This document shows positions 9,849 to 19,810 of a DNA stretch of 64,000 nucleotides, in pieces. A model generated the notes under the pieces. That model was not told where the DNA came from and made no database searches. It was given only the letters and a program-made list of their open reading frames with translations. The translations under genes and the position numbers were made by a program. Location of the stretch: positions 17,896 through 81,895 of the forward strand of contig DAOUEQ010000052.1 of the NCBI GenBank assembly GCA_034430395.1, in the 5' to 3' direction. Numbering within the stretch: position 1 is the stretch's first letter; every line of letters begins with the position of its first letter. The DNA comes from Anaerolineales bacterium. Lineage in GTDB: Bacteria; Chloroflexota; Anaerolineae; Anaerolineales; E44-bin32.

Positions 9849-10766
9849 TTAACTCACCAATCTTAAGTAGATCTCCTCCAAGGAGTGGCGCAGCTCGCCG
9901 ACAAATTGAATATCCGCACCAGCGTCCACCAACGACCGGATCAGTTCCGGGTTATTCATCTCCGGGTCATCTAACGCAACGACCAGCTTGTTATCCCTTG
10001 CCTCAACGGAGCGCACGAAGGGCTGTTCGTTTACCGCTTTTTCATATGCAGGAGCGGCCGCTCTCAAGTGAAATACGACCACACGATCATAAAGCTTCTC
10101 CCGCAGCGCTGCAGGCGTATCTAGCGCAAGCAAGCGGGTATTAATCACGGCGATGCGATCACATAATCTGTCCGCCTCATTGAGGTTATGAGTACACAGG
10201 AAGATCGTTCGTCCCTTACCTTTTAACTCGCCGATGAATTCCCGTACCAAACGCGCCATCTCCGGGTCGAGTCCCGCTGTCGGCTCATCGAGGAAGAGCA
10301 CTTTGGGTTCATGCAACAACGCCCGGGCAATGGCCAGTTTCTGCCGCATTCCCTTTGAGAATGTAGCCGCCTCATCGCCTCGCCGATCCCATAATCCCAA
10401 CAAGCGCAGATAGCGCTCTACCTGTCCGGGCACATCCTCCACACCATGTAATTCCGCGAAGAAATTTAAGTTCCTCTCCGCGCTCAAACGATCGTACAAT
10501 CCGGGTGACTCGGTTAAAATCCCCACGCTGCGTCTGATCTTGTTATCCTCTCGTCCCACTTCATACCCGGCGACATAGGCCTTCCCCGAAGTCGGCGCGA
10601 TCAGCGCTCCCAGCATACGGATCGTTGTTGTCTTCCCCGCGCCATTTGGCCCCAGGAAACCAAAAATCTCACCCGGCTTGACTTCCATATCCAGGCCGTC
10701 AACCGCCAGCACATCCCCGAAGCGCTTGGTTAACCCCTTCGCAACAATCATTCCTATTCTCCTCAA
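9849..10766 (-). CDS. ABC transporter ATP-binding protein
   Basis: Walker A GPNGAGKTT, signature FSKGMRQK, Walker B VLFLDEPTAGLD, H-loop CTHN. Confidence 0.9.
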   Translation of the reverse strand: MRRIGMIVAKGLTKRFGDVLAVDGLDMEVKPGEIFGFLGPNGAGKTTTIRMLGALIAPTSGKAYVAGYEVGREDNKIRRSVGILTESPGLYDRLSAERNLNFFAELHGVEDVPGQVERYLRLLGLWDRRGDEAATFSKGMRQKLAIARALLHEPKVLFLDEPTAGLDPEMARLVREFIGELKGKGRTIFLCTHNLNEADRLCDRIAVINTRLLALDTPAALREKLYDRVVVFHLRAAAPAYEKAVNEQPFVRSVEARDNKLVVALDDPEMNNPELIRSLVDAGADIQFVGELRHSLEEIYLRLVS

Positions 10767-10804
10767 ACTGGCCCGCTGCCCGGCTTACAACCGCTCCCCC
10801 CAAA

Positions 10805-11680
10805 TCAAGTGTAGCGGCTCTGCTCCAAATTACCCTCGGATACTTCCTCCTCTTTAATCCGCTGCATTTCCGAGTAAGGGAGCTCCGAATCCTTTGTTAG
10901 CACTTCGTTCTCTTCCGCTGGCGCATCTCTCCTCTTCATCAGCCAAAGAATCAGCAAGCTAATCCCTGCTCCAACGAGGACGGTTCCCTCGGCTGCGTAG
11001 TCACCCCACCAGGCCAGCACGACTAGCGTTGCTGCGTTGAACAGCGTATGCCACGCCACGGCTCCCATCAACCAGCCCCATCCGCCGCGCCGAACACTTT
11101 GCAGCACCAACACACTTGCGCTCAAGTGAAAACATATCGCGCCTACTCGTTCAACAGCGCCCAACAGGGCTTTATACCAGGGTATGCTCCAATAGAGCGC
11201 GATCTGGGCTGCGGTTGCCTCCACCTGCTCCGGGGGCAGAGTTCCCGCGAGATCCACCCCACGCAGGGTTACAGCTTGAAAGAAGCCATACAAAACCAGG
11301 ACACCCAGGATAATCGCCTCACCGCCGCCATGACCAGCCCCAAACATAAGCGCATTGGGGAATCTCCGAGCCTCGCGTGCCCAACGACGCATGACAACGA
11401 AGCGCGCCAGCTCTTCAAATACTCCTGCAGATAGACCATATAAAAGCGCAGCCGCTACTAGCATAAACCCGCCGGCCGCGAACAATCCCCGCTCCGTCTC
11501 GTAGGGCGTCAGAACCAGAGAATTGAAGGGGATATGCAAAAGCTGCGAAGCGACGAAGGTCGCCGCCCCCGCGCCAAACAAACTCCAATCGAGTCGGCAT
11601 CGCCTCGCTACGACGACACCCAGAGCTAGAGGGATGGCGATCATCAGCAAACCATTTAGTAAATGTGCCGCCGCGAGCAT
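10805..11680 (-). CDS. YhfC-family intramembrane metalloprotease
   Basis: Polytopic protein with FEELARF, GAGHGGGEAI and a late H..FN motif, as in the YhfC (PF10086-like) family. Confidence 0.65.
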   Translation of the reverse strand: MLAAAHLLNGLLMIAIPLALGVVVARRCRLDWSLFGAGAATFVASQLLHIPFNSLVLTPYETERGLFAAGGFMLVAAALLYGLSAGVFEELARFVVMRRWAREARRFPNALMFGAGHGGGEAIILGVLVLYGFFQAVTLRGVDLAGTLPPEQVEATAAQIALYWSIPWYKALLGAVERVGAICFHLSASVLVLQSVRRGGWGWLMGAVAWHTLFNAATLVVLAWWGDYAAEGTVLVGAGISLLILWLMKRRDAPAEENEVLTKDSELPYSEMQRIKEEEVSEGNLEQSRYT

Positions 11681-11923
11681 TGTTGATCACTCCCTTGGGC
11701 CAGTCATGCAGCCAAGTCTTGATTGGATAACACGACGCAATTTATCGGGCGCTGCCCAGACCCCATACTTAATGCCGCCGCCGAGGAGACTCCTCACATT
11801 TCCACGACAGCGTCGTTATTCTATCTAATTATATTATGAGGTGAGGAAACCCATCTGATCAGCAACTTTAAATTGCCTGAGAGACAATTCCGGCTTTCAA
11901 TCCAACAACCGTGCCCAGCGCAG

Positions 11924-11963
11924 TGTTTCACGTGAAACATTGTGGCTATGTTTCACGTGAAAC
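11924..11963. promoter_or_regulatory. two tandem palindromes, TGTTTCACGTGAAACA (11924-11939) and TGTTTCACGTGAAAC (11949-11963): candidate dimeric-TF operator pair
   Basis: Read directly: a perfect 16-bp and a 14/15-bp palindrome with centres 25 bp apart, in the 297-nt spacer upstream of the YhfC-ABC operon. An extra half-site GTGTTTCA lies at 12013-12020. Confidence 0.4.
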
Positions 11964-11977
11964 GTCATGCCTTTCGC

Positions 11978-12208
11978 TTATCCCCAATTAGAAAACCAAT
12001 TCCCGCTGCGCCGTGTTTCATCGCGCGATTCTCGAATATCCCTACGGAGTATCACCCATAGCCGTGCCGTATTATTTTGGGGTGCGATAGCCCAAAACAC
12101 CCAGCCATCTTCCGCCGCTTTATTGAGTATTGCCTCCAGATCTTCGGGTTTTGCGCTTACCATCGTTCCCCCGATTACCTCTACTCTATATTCCCAGTTC
12201 GGTGACAC
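11978..12208 (-). CDS. DUF4177 domain protein
   Basis: 76 aa with WEYRVEVIGG....LEAILNKAAEDGWVFWAIAP pattern typical of DUF4177. Its start abuts the stop of the SPFH gene. Confidence 0.6.
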   Translation of the reverse strand: MSPNWEYRVEVIGGTMVSAKPEDLEAILNKAAEDGWVFWAIAPQNNTARLWVILRRDIRESRDETRRSGNWFSNWG

Positions 12209-13180
12209 TTACTCACCCCCCTGTTCGCTTTGTTCATCCGCATTGCCGGTTATTGCCGCTAACGAGGTCATACCGGCCACTGCCCCCAGGTTCATGGTGT
12301 CGACGGCGCTGGAAGGCACGATCACGAGCGCACCCTTCTCTTTCAGACCCTCAAAGAGCATATTCATCGCCCGCAAGTGCAGCGCAGTCGGATTGTGGAG
12401 ATATGCCTGAGAGGCGTCAGCGAAGGATTGCGCGATTTGCTTTTCTGATTCTCCCAAAATCACCCGCGCCTGACGCTCGCGCTCTGCCTGCGCCTGCCGG
12501 CTCATTGCGTCTTCTAATTCTTGCGGGATCATAACGTCGCGGATCTCGACGGACTGCACCGTCACCCCCCAGGGCGTTGTCCGCTCATCGATGGTCTTTT
12601 GCAGATCGCGATCCATGAGCGCTCGACCAATCAGGATGTCCGCCAAGTCCATCTGCCCGATCACCTCCCGCAGCGCGGTCTGCGCAGCCCAGGCGATTGC
12701 CACACGATAGTTCTCCACCTCTAAAGCAGCCTTTTCGGCATCCCAGACCAACCAAAAGAGAACCGCGTCAACGTCCACGGGAACAGTATCTTTCGTAAGT
12801 GTCTTCTCCGCGCTAAATGAAGTAACCATCACGCGATGATCGATCCATACCGGTATCCGATTTACAACCGGAACGATCCAGAATATGCCCGGACCGCGCA
12901 GGCCTGTAAAGCGGCCAAAACGCAGCACCACGGCCTTTTCCCACTGGTCTGCAACCTTAATAGCAAAGAGAATGTAAGTGGAGATCAAAGCGCTCGATGC
13001 TGCCGTCACCCAAATCCATATATCTGGTGCGGCGTATTTCACCAAGGCATATAACCCTAGCGCTGCGAGCAGGATCACGGTCAGGTAGACTATGACCGCC
13101 ACGCCAGGTATGCGCGCGCGTGTCTCCTTGTCTGATATGCGAATGGCTTCGAGCTCTGTGAGAGAACGTCTTTTACCCAT
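12209..13180 (-). CDS. SPFH/Band 7 (stomatin/prohibitin-like) membrane protein
   Basis: N-terminal TMs followed by an SPFH core (VVLRFGRF.G..GPGIFWIVP, TKD.V.V.VDAV) and a C-terminal coiled coil (AQAERERQARV). Confidence 0.85.
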   Translation of the reverse strand: MGKRRSLTELEAIRISDKETRARIPGVAVIVYLTVILLAALGLYALVKYAAPDIWIWVTAASSALISTYILFAIKVADQWEKAVVLRFGRFTGLRGPGIFWIVPVVNRIPVWIDHRVMVTSFSAEKTLTKDTVPVDVDAVLFWLVWDAEKAALEVENYRVAIAWAAQTALREVIGQMDLADILIGRALMDRDLQKTIDERTTPWGVTVQSVEIRDVMIPQELEDAMSRQAQAERERQARVILGESEKQIAQSFADASQAYLHNPTALHLRAMNMLFEGLKEKGALVIVPSSAVDTMNLGAVAGMTSLAAITGNADEQSEQGGE

Positions 13181-13218
13181 GGTCTTTCATCCTTTTATAG
13201 TTTATTCCTTGAATCCGT

Positions 13219-13629
13219 TTAGTCCTCGGCTTTAGGCGGCTCGCCTTCTTCTCGCCAGGTGTCTATTAACGCCTCTATCAACAAATGTACTTCCTCTGGT
13301 GTAAATCCCACTTGGTGTGCGTGCTCCAGAAAATTTTTAGTCATCCCCTCCAGTGCCGCGCTGCGGAGTCGCGAAGCTTTTTCCGGCGGCATAGGCTCTA
13401 ATACATAGGTCCCTCGTCCTTGTTGTGTCGAAATCACGCCCTCCTCATCAAGTATGCGGTAGGCTCGAGCGATCGTGTTGAAATTAACCCTCAATTCCGC
13501 CGCCATCTGCCGCACGGTTGGCAATTGATCTCCTGGTTCCAGTACGCCGGAAGCAATAAGTTGTTTGATGCGATCTACCAGTTGAGTGTAGATCGGGACA
13601 TGGCTGCGGAAATCCAGTTCGGTGAACAT
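13219..13629 (-). CDS. GntR-family transcriptional regulator (short YtrA-like subfamily)
   Basis: PIYTQLVDRIKQLIASGVLEPGDQLPTVRQMAAELRVNFNTIARAYRILDEEGVI winged-HTH; 136 aa. Confidence 0.85.
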   Translation of the reverse strand: MFTELDFRSHVPIYTQLVDRIKQLIASGVLEPGDQLPTVRQMAAELRVNFNTIARAYRILDEEGVISTQQGRGTYVLEPMPPEKASRLRSAALEGMTKNFLEHAHQVGFTPEEVHLLIEALIDTWREEGEPPKAED

Positions 13630-13792
13630 CTGATTATTGATCCAATTGTCTCATTGTCTCTTTGTATTATTGTACTAATTGTATACCTTTTGCATGCGTG
13701 TGTCAATCGTCAAATACCTGGGTGCTGCTTAAGAAATTGTCGATCGTGGTAGAATCTAATCAAGATTATTTGACCATCGCGCGGAGATAGCT

Positions 13793-14680
13793 ATGGAAAA
13801 GGAAGTGGGTACTTTCACAGTAAAGAAAGGCTTAGCCCAGATGCTTAAGGGCGGCGTGATCATGGATGTGGTCACTGCAGAGCATGCCATCATCGCCGAA
13901 CAGGCAGGCGCTGTTGCAGTTATGGCGCTTGAGCGCGTCCCCGCTGACATACGCGCCTTCGGAGGCGTGGCTCGCATGAGCGACCCAGCACTAATTCAGG
14001 AGATCATGGATGCTGTCACAATCCCCGTGATGGCAAAGTGCCGGATTGGCCATTTCGTCGAGGCTCAGATCATCGAAGCTCTTGGGGTTGACTTCATCGA
14101 TGAGTCAGAGGTTCTAACCCCGGCCGATGAAGCTCACCACATCGATAAACACGTATTCAAAATCCCCTTCGTGTGCGGTTGCCGCAATCTCGGCGAAGCC
14201 TTACGCCGCATTGGAGAGGGGGCAGCGATGATCCGCACGAAAGGCGAAGCTGGAACGGGTGATGTCGTCGAGGCGGTCCGACACGCGCGATCTGTTTTGG
14301 GCGCGATCCGTCGCCTCAAGAACATGCCTGATGATGAGTTGATGACCTTCTCAAAAGAGATCGGCGCCCCCTTCGGAGTGGTCAAGGAAACCAAGGAGTT
14401 GGGACATCTGCCTGTCGTCAATTTCGCCGCCGGAGGTATTGCGACTCCAGCCGACGCCGCGCTTATGATGCAGCTCGGTGTGGAAGGCGTCTTTGTCGGC
14501 TCGGGTATCTTTAAGTCCGGCGATCCTGCCCTGCGGGCCAAAGCAATCGTGGAGGCTGTTGCTCATTACGACGATCCGAAAATCCTGGCCGAGATCAGCA
14601 AAGGTCTCGGTGAGCCGATGGTCGGCATTGAAGTGTCCGAACTTCCCGAGACAGAACGACTGGCCAAGAGGGGTTGGTAG
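13793..14680 (+). CDS. pdxS: pyridoxal 5'-phosphate synthase lyase subunit PdxS
   Basis: Near-canonical PdxS sequence ([52 protein letters not shown]). Confidence 0.95.
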   Translation: MEKEVGTFTVKKGLAQMLKGGVIMDVVTAEHAIIAEQAGAVAVMALERVPADIRAFGGVARMSDPALIQEIMDAVTIPVMAKCRIGHFVEAQIIEALGVDFIDESEVLTPADEAHHIDKHVFKIPFVCGCRNLGEALRRIGEGAAMIRTKGEAGTGDVVEAVRHARSVLGAIRRLKNMPDDELMTFSKEIGAPFGVVKETKELGHLPVVNFAAGGIATPADAALMMQLGVEGVFVGSGIFKSGDPALRAKAIVEAVAHYDDPKILAEISKGLGEPMVGIEVSELPETERLAKRGW

Positions 14681-15219
14681 ATCTCTTTGGGATGGCGGCA
14701 ATTCTTCACTCCTCAGACAACAGAACCCGGATGCGAAGGCACGACCGGGAAATTAAAGACCAGGCAGAGATAAAGGCGATTCTGCGCGATTCTCGGTTCG
14801 GTTTTATCGCCACCACTTTTGAGGATCAACCTTTCATACACCCAAACCTCTTCTGGTACGACGAAAAGAATCAGCGCATCTATTTTCACACAGCCCTCGA
14901 GGGTCGCGCGCGCAGCAATATCGAAACCAATCCCAAGATATGCTTCTGTGTAGCAACAATGGGTCGACTCCTTCCCGCCGATACGGCGATTGAATTCAGT
15001 ACCGAGTATGCTAGCGTGACGGTGTTCGGCAACGCGCGCATTGCAGACGACACATCAGAACAACGGCACGGTCTGCAGGGCTTGCTCGATAAATATTTCC
15101 CTCAGTTAAAGCCGGGCGAGGATTACAGTCCCATCACCGATCCGCAATTGCAGCGAACTTCCGTTTTTGCAATTGAGATTGAAGCCTGGAGCGGGAAACA
15201 GAAGGTGGCAGAATCATGA
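14674..15219 (+). CDS. pyridoxamine 5'-phosphate oxidase-family (FMN-binding split-barrel) protein
   Basis: [18 protein letters not shown]...GFIAT...[11 protein letters not shown] is typical of the PNPOx-like family. The track start is a TTG at 14674; ATG at 14692 or 14731 is more likely. The stop overlaps the pdxT ATG (ATGA). Confidence 0.7.
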   Translation: MVDLFGMAAILHSSDNRTRMRRHDREIKDQAEIKAILRDSRFGFIATTFEDQPFIHPNLFWYDEKNQRIYFHTALEGRARSNIETNPKICFCVATMGRLLPADTAIEFSTEYASVTVFGNARIADDTSEQRHGLQGLLDKYFPQLKPGEDYSPITDPQLQRTSVFAIEIEAWSGKQKVAES

Positions 15220-15806
15220 GGGTTGGCGTCTTGGCGCTGCAGGGAGATTTCGCCGAGCACCTTGCCCTTTTGCACAGCCTGGGCGCTGAAGGTGTTGAGG
15301 TTCGCCTGCCTTCCCACCTGGATGACATTGAAGCTTTGATCATTCCAGGGGGCGAATCGACGACGATCGGGAAACTGGCCTACGCGTTCGATCTACTCGA
15401 TCCTCTACGAACCTTCGGCCATACACACCCGATCTGGGGCACATGCGCCGGCGCAATTTTCCTCTCGAAAGACGCTCAGGAACGCCAGCATCTCTTAGGG
15501 TTGATGGACACCACGGTTGAGCGCAACGCCTTCGGCCGCCAAGCTGATAGCTTCGAGACTGAAATCTTCGTGCCTGTCCTGGAGAATCCAGGGACGCCGT
15601 TCCCGGTGATATTCATTCGCGCTCCCCTGATTGCCCGTGTTGGACCCGAAGTCGATATCCTCGCCCGCTTGCCCAATCACGACGATAATGGCATTATCGT
15701 TGCTGCGAAGCAGGGACATTTCTTGGCCACAAGCTTTCACCCGGAATTAACCGGGGATGATCGCTTTCACCGCTACTTCCTATCCCTCATTAAACGTGAT
15801 TTATGA
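15216..15806 (+). CDS. pdxT: pyridoxal 5'-phosphate synthase glutaminase subunit PdxT
   Basis: [34 protein letters not shown]; SD GAAGGTGG upstream. Confidence 0.95.
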   Translation: MRVGVLALQGDFAEHLALLHSLGAEGVEVRLPSHLDDIEALIIPGGESTTIGKLAYAFDLLDPLRTFGHTHPIWGTCAGAIFLSKDAQERQHLLGLMDTTVERNAFGRQADSFETEIFVPVLENPGTPFPVIFIRAPLIARVGPEVDILARLPNHDDNGIIVAAKQGHFLATSFHPELTGDDRFHRYFLSLIKRDL

Positions 15807-16777
15807 CGATTCGCATCTATGATTGGCGCGACTTAATACTCTTAAACCGAATCCGCAATCGCGGGATGTGCCTTGACTCCAAGCTCACGTTTACGCGTGG
15901 CGCATCTGCCCTAAGACACACGCCCTTGGGCACGCTTCTCCTCGGTCGCAACGTTTCCACCCTGGTGTTCCGAGCCGATAATTCCGGTGAATTATCGGCA
16001 GCAGGCCAGTTTCTAATTCGCAACAATCAACTCCTTGCGCGCCTGGTCTTTATAAGCCCTCGCGAGATTCTTACTCGAACTGAGGGGGTCAAGCTGCTCG
16101 AAGCGATGACTCATTTGGCGGGGGAACGGGGCGCAACCGCATTAATCGCCGAGATCGATGAGCGCGATCCCGCTTTCGATGGTTTACACGCGGCGGGTTT
16201 CGCTATCTATTCCCGCCAACGGATCTTACGACGTGAGAGCGCAATCGAGGGCAAATCAGCCTCTTATGAGAAGATGTGGCGTCCTGCAATAGACCGCGAC
16301 TACATAGCAATTCAGAGCCTGTACACCAACCTCGTCCCAGCCCTGGTCCAACAAGTGGAACCCCCTCCCTCCCGCGATGGACGAGGTCTTGTATACTGGT
16401 CTCAAGGTGAGCTGCTCGGTTTTTTGGATATCGAGCAAGGACCACATGGTATTTGGGTGCAGCCCTATTTTCACCCTGCAGCGGAAATAGGTGAAGGTCT
16501 TTTATCGGGAATCGTGCTCGGCTTGTCACCCAGACAGAGACGCCCACTTTATATCTGCGTCCGTTCGTATCAGGGAGGACTCAGTCAATCCCTCAACCAG
16601 CTCGGATTCGAGCCTTGCAGCAGCCAGGCAGTAATGGTTAAGCGCCTCACTGCCCCAATCCGCCATCAAGTCCGCTTAGATATTCCGGCGCTCGATGGGA
16701 CGCAGCCTGAGCCATCGGCGCCATTTACCACCTTCGTTCATCGCACGCGATCATCAAAACACACACACAGCCTATGA
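15803..16777 (+). CDS. hypothetical protein, possibly tandem GNAT-like folds
   Basis: 324 aa, ATGA overlap at both ends. Segments such as GATALIAEIDERDPAFDGLHAAGFAIYSRQ resemble the acetyltransferase fold, but I recognise no diagnostic motif. Confidence 0.4.
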   Translation: MTIRIYDWRDLILLNRIRNRGMCLDSKLTFTRGASALRHTPLGTLLLGRNVSTLVFRADNSGELSAAGQFLIRNNQLLARLVFISPREILTRTEGVKLLEAMTHLAGERGATALIAEIDERDPAFDGLHAAGFAIYSRQRILRRESAIEGKSASYEKMWRPAIDRDYIAIQSLYTNLVPALVQQVEPPPSRDGRGLVYWSQGELLGFLDIEQGPHGIWVQPYFHPAAEIGEGLLSGIVLGLSPRQRRPLYICVRSYQGGLSQSLNQLGFEPCSSQAVMVKRLTAPIRHQVRLDIPALDGTQPEPSAPFTTFVHRTRSSKHTHSL

Positions 16778-18369
16778 CCCAGAAACGTATTACCGATAAC
16801 TTAACCGACCTCCTCAATGTTCTACCGCCCGAAATCACCGATGCGCTGGAGAAGATCAATCGTCCCGATGACCTGCTGGAGATCATCATCGATCTGGGTC
16901 GTACGCCCACTGCGAGGTTCACAGACGGCGAGGTCAAACTCAGCGAACTTGAGGCCACTTCAACGGAGATTGATTATGTCGTTTCCCGAATCGGCGACTA
17001 CGATGCCGACAACCGCGCCGGCATCGAACGCACCCTGCACCGTATCTCGGCCATACGCAACCGGCACCGGGATATCGTCGGTCTTACATGCCGTGTAGGC
17101 AGGGCAGTTTACGGAACAATCGATATTATCCAGGATTTCATCATGAGCGGCACCAGCGTTCTTCTCCTCGGTCGCCCCGCTGTTGGCAAAACAACCATGC
17201 TGCGCGAGGCGGCGCGAATCCTGGCGGAGGAAAAACGGGTCGTCATTGTAGATACATCCAACGAAATCGCCGGAGACGGTGATGTACCACACCCGGCTAT
17301 TGGTCGCGCCCGCCGCATGCAGGTGCGAGAACCCACGCTTCAGCATGAGGTCATGATCGAGGCCGTGGAGAATCACAATCCAGAGGTGATTGTGATCGAC
17401 GAGATCGGACGCGAGCTTGAGGCAATTGCGGCGCGCACGATCGCTGAGCGCGGCGTCCAGCTTATCGGAACCGCCCACGGAAACACGCTCGAGAACTTGT
17501 TGCTCAATCCAACCCTCTCAGATCTAATCGGCGGTATAGAGTCAGTGACTCTTTCGGACGAAGAGGCCCGTCGCCGCGGCACACAAAAGACAGTGCTCGA
17601 GCGCCGTGCAGCACCGACCTTTACCGTGCTCGTCGAGATCCTTGATCGCGAACGATTGGCGGTCCATCACGACGTCTCTGCAGCCGTCGATGCCATGCTG
17701 CGAGGCCGACCATTACATCCCGAATTACGCTATCGCGACAAGGACGGGGAAATTAAAATCGAAATACCCAAGGCGGCAACGTCCGCCCACCCCGCCCCAC
17801 AATCCGGTTATCGGCGGCAGACAGCTCTTCCCACCGCTCCGCAGAACGACGCTAACGGACCGCCCTACTCACCTACGTCGCCCCACATGCCCGGTAAGCC
17901 CCTAACTCCAATCCGCATCTTCCCCTTTGGTGTCGCACGGAATCGCTTACGCCAGGCATCCAAACGCCTGGGCGTACCCTCGGTTCTGGCAGATTCTCTT
18001 AGTGATGCGGAGGTGCTTGTTACCCTGAGATCAAATTTTCGTAAGCGCCCACGTATGATCAAAGACGCAGAAAACCGGCGAATGCCAATTTACGTTCTAC
18101 GCTCTAATACCGTCAATCAGATGGAGGGCTTCCTGATTGACCTCTATAATTTGCGCTCATCGAGTTTCAATGACCCATCCATGGACGAGGCGCTTGAAGA
18201 GGCGAATGGCGCAATACAAAAGGTGCTCGATGGAACTCGCTCGATCGATCTATCGCCCACCACCTCCTATATCCGCCGGCTGCAGCATCAGATGGCTCGC
18301 CAGGCAAACCTGGTTTCACATTCTTATGGGAAGGAACCACATCGACGCGTGAGGATTTTTCGAAATTGA
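16774..18369 (+). CDS. AAA/P-loop ATPase with C-terminal R3H domain (Ycf45 / SpoIIIAA-like)
   Basis: Walker A GRPAVGKTTML, VVIVDTSNEIAGDG, Walker B VIVIDEIG, GTAHG; C-terminal HSYGKEPHRRVRIF is R3H-like. Confidence 0.75.
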   Translation: MTQKRITDNLTDLLNVLPPEITDALEKINRPDDLLEIIIDLGRTPTARFTDGEVKLSELEATSTEIDYVVSRIGDYDADNRAGIERTLHRISAIRNRHRDIVGLTCRVGRAVYGTIDIIQDFIMSGTSVLLLGRPAVGKTTMLREAARILAEEKRVVIVDTSNEIAGDGDVPHPAIGRARRMQVREPTLQHEVMIEAVENHNPEVIVIDEIGRELEAIAARTIAERGVQLIGTAHGNTLENLLLNPTLSDLIGGIESVTLSDEEARRRGTQKTVLERRAAPTFTVLVEILDRERLAVHHDVSAAVDAMLRGRPLHPELRYRDKDGEIKIEIPKAATSAHPAPQSGYRRQTALPTAPQNDANGPPYSPTSPHMPGKPLTPIRIFPFGVARNRLRQASKRLGVPSVLADSLSDAEVLVTLRSNFRKRPRMIKDAENRRMPIYVLRSNTVNQMEGFLIDLYNLRSSSFNDPSMDEALEEANGAIQKVLDGTRSIDLSPTTSYIRRLQHQMARQANLVSHSYGKEPHRRVRIFRN

Positions 18370-18992
18370 ATCTATTTATCACTTTGGAAGGACCGGAAGG
18401 AGGAGGGAAAACTTCGCAGGCACAACGCCTTGCGGAGCACCTACGCTCCGAGAAATTCGAGGTTCTGCTCACCCGTGAGCCAGGTGGTTCTCCAATCGGG
18501 GATCAGATCCGGCGGGTTATTATGCAGCTCGAAAATACCGCTATGGATGCACACACTGAGTTCCTGCTCTTCTCCGCTTCACGCGCTCAGCATATCGCTG
18601 AGGTTATTCACCCCAGCCTTGAAGACGGTGTGACTGTCATCTCTGACCGATTCTTTGACTCTTCGCTGGCTTATCAGGGATATGGACAGCGCTTACCGCT
18701 GGAAACGCTTAAGGCGATCACCAACTTCGCGACTGGTGGTCTCGCTCCCGATCTAACGTTATTGCTCGATCTTCCCGTCGAAGAAGGGTTGCGCCGGCGT
18801 GAGGCCGACGGAAACTGGAACCGCCTTGATGCTTATGATCTCGACTTCCACCGCCGCGTACGACACGGTTATCTCAAATTGGCAGCCGAAGCTCCGGACC
18901 GCTGGGTTATCCTCAGCGCCGAGCAATCCTTTGAAGCCCTACAATTGGAAATCCAGAGTGTAGTGATGGCACGATTGAAACAGAACCGATAG
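18366..18992 (+). CDS. tmk: thymidylate kinase
   Basis: ITLEGPEGGGKTSQ P-loop, TREPGG, DRF.DSSLAYQG. TTG start overlapping the upstream stop (TTGA). Confidence 0.9.
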   Translation: MNLFITLEGPEGGGKTSQAQRLAEHLRSEKFEVLLTREPGGSPIGDQIRRVIMQLENTAMDAHTEFLLFSASRAQHIAEVIHPSLEDGVTVISDRFFDSSLAYQGYGQRLPLETLKAITNFATGGLAPDLTLLLDLPVEEGLRRREADGNWNRLDAYDLDFHRRVRHGYLKLAAEAPDRWVILSAEQSFEALQLEIQSVVMARLKQNR

Positions 18993-19116
18993 ATAAGGAC
19001 GAATAGCCAAGAAGCCCTCCTCAAGTGCTCGTGCCCACACTTTAGATCATGAGCGGGCAGGATTCTCCTGCGGCGCAGCTCCCTTACAGCAAAAGAAGCA
19101 GCTTCACAGAAGGAAA

Positions 19117-19758
19117 ATGAGATTGATCACATTGCTATGTTTCGGCGATTCAAACACCTGGGGATTTGACCCAGCTACCTGGGAACGTTATCCGCAGGGG
19201 ATTCGCTGGCCTGGTGTTCTGCGAAACGAACTGGGTGAGGGCTATAAGATAATCGAAGAGGGATTAAACGGAAGAACAGCTGTCGTGAACAACTCGCTCG
19301 ATGGTTTCAGCAACAGCGAAACCGATCTCGCCACCGCTCTCACAATCCACTGCCCTTTGAATCTTGTCATCCTGATGTTGGGTACTAATGATCTAATCAT
19401 GAGATCATCCGCTTCCCCTGATGACATCGGCAAAGGGATCGATATCTTATTGGACATCATCTGCCAAAGCGGAGCAGGTCCGGGAGGGAGTGCTCCCGCC
19501 GTTCTTCTCCTTGCTCCACCGCCCATCGGTGCCTTGGCCGGTGAAACAGAGGCTCTCAAGAGTGCGGCAGTCCAATCGCATCTATTTGCCGAGCGATATG
19601 CGTCACTCGCTGCAGATTTCGATTGTGCATTCCTAAATGCCGGTGAAATTGTCCGCTCCAGCGAAATTGACGGTTTTCACCTTGATGCTTCTGAACATAC
19701 GAAACTCGGATTAGCTATCGCAGAACGAGTGCGGGTGATATTCGCTGGAGCTGAATGA
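19117..19758 (+). CDS. SGNH/GDSL hydrolase
   Basis: Block I FGDSNTWG, block III GTND, C-terminal DGFHLD (DxxH). Confidence 0.8.
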   Translation: MRLITLLCFGDSNTWGFDPATWERYPQGIRWPGVLRNELGEGYKIIEEGLNGRTAVVNNSLDGFSNSETDLATALTIHCPLNLVILMLGTNDLIMRSSASPDDIGKGIDILLDIICQSGAGPGGSAPAVLLLAPPPIGALAGETEALKSAAVQSHLFAERYASLAADFDCAFLNAGEIVRSSEIDGFHLDASEHTKLGLAIAERVRVIFAGAE

Positions 19759-19810
19759 AAACATAAATGGGGGGCGAGATGGGATATTCTGCAGCGGTCG
19801 ATACTACCGC

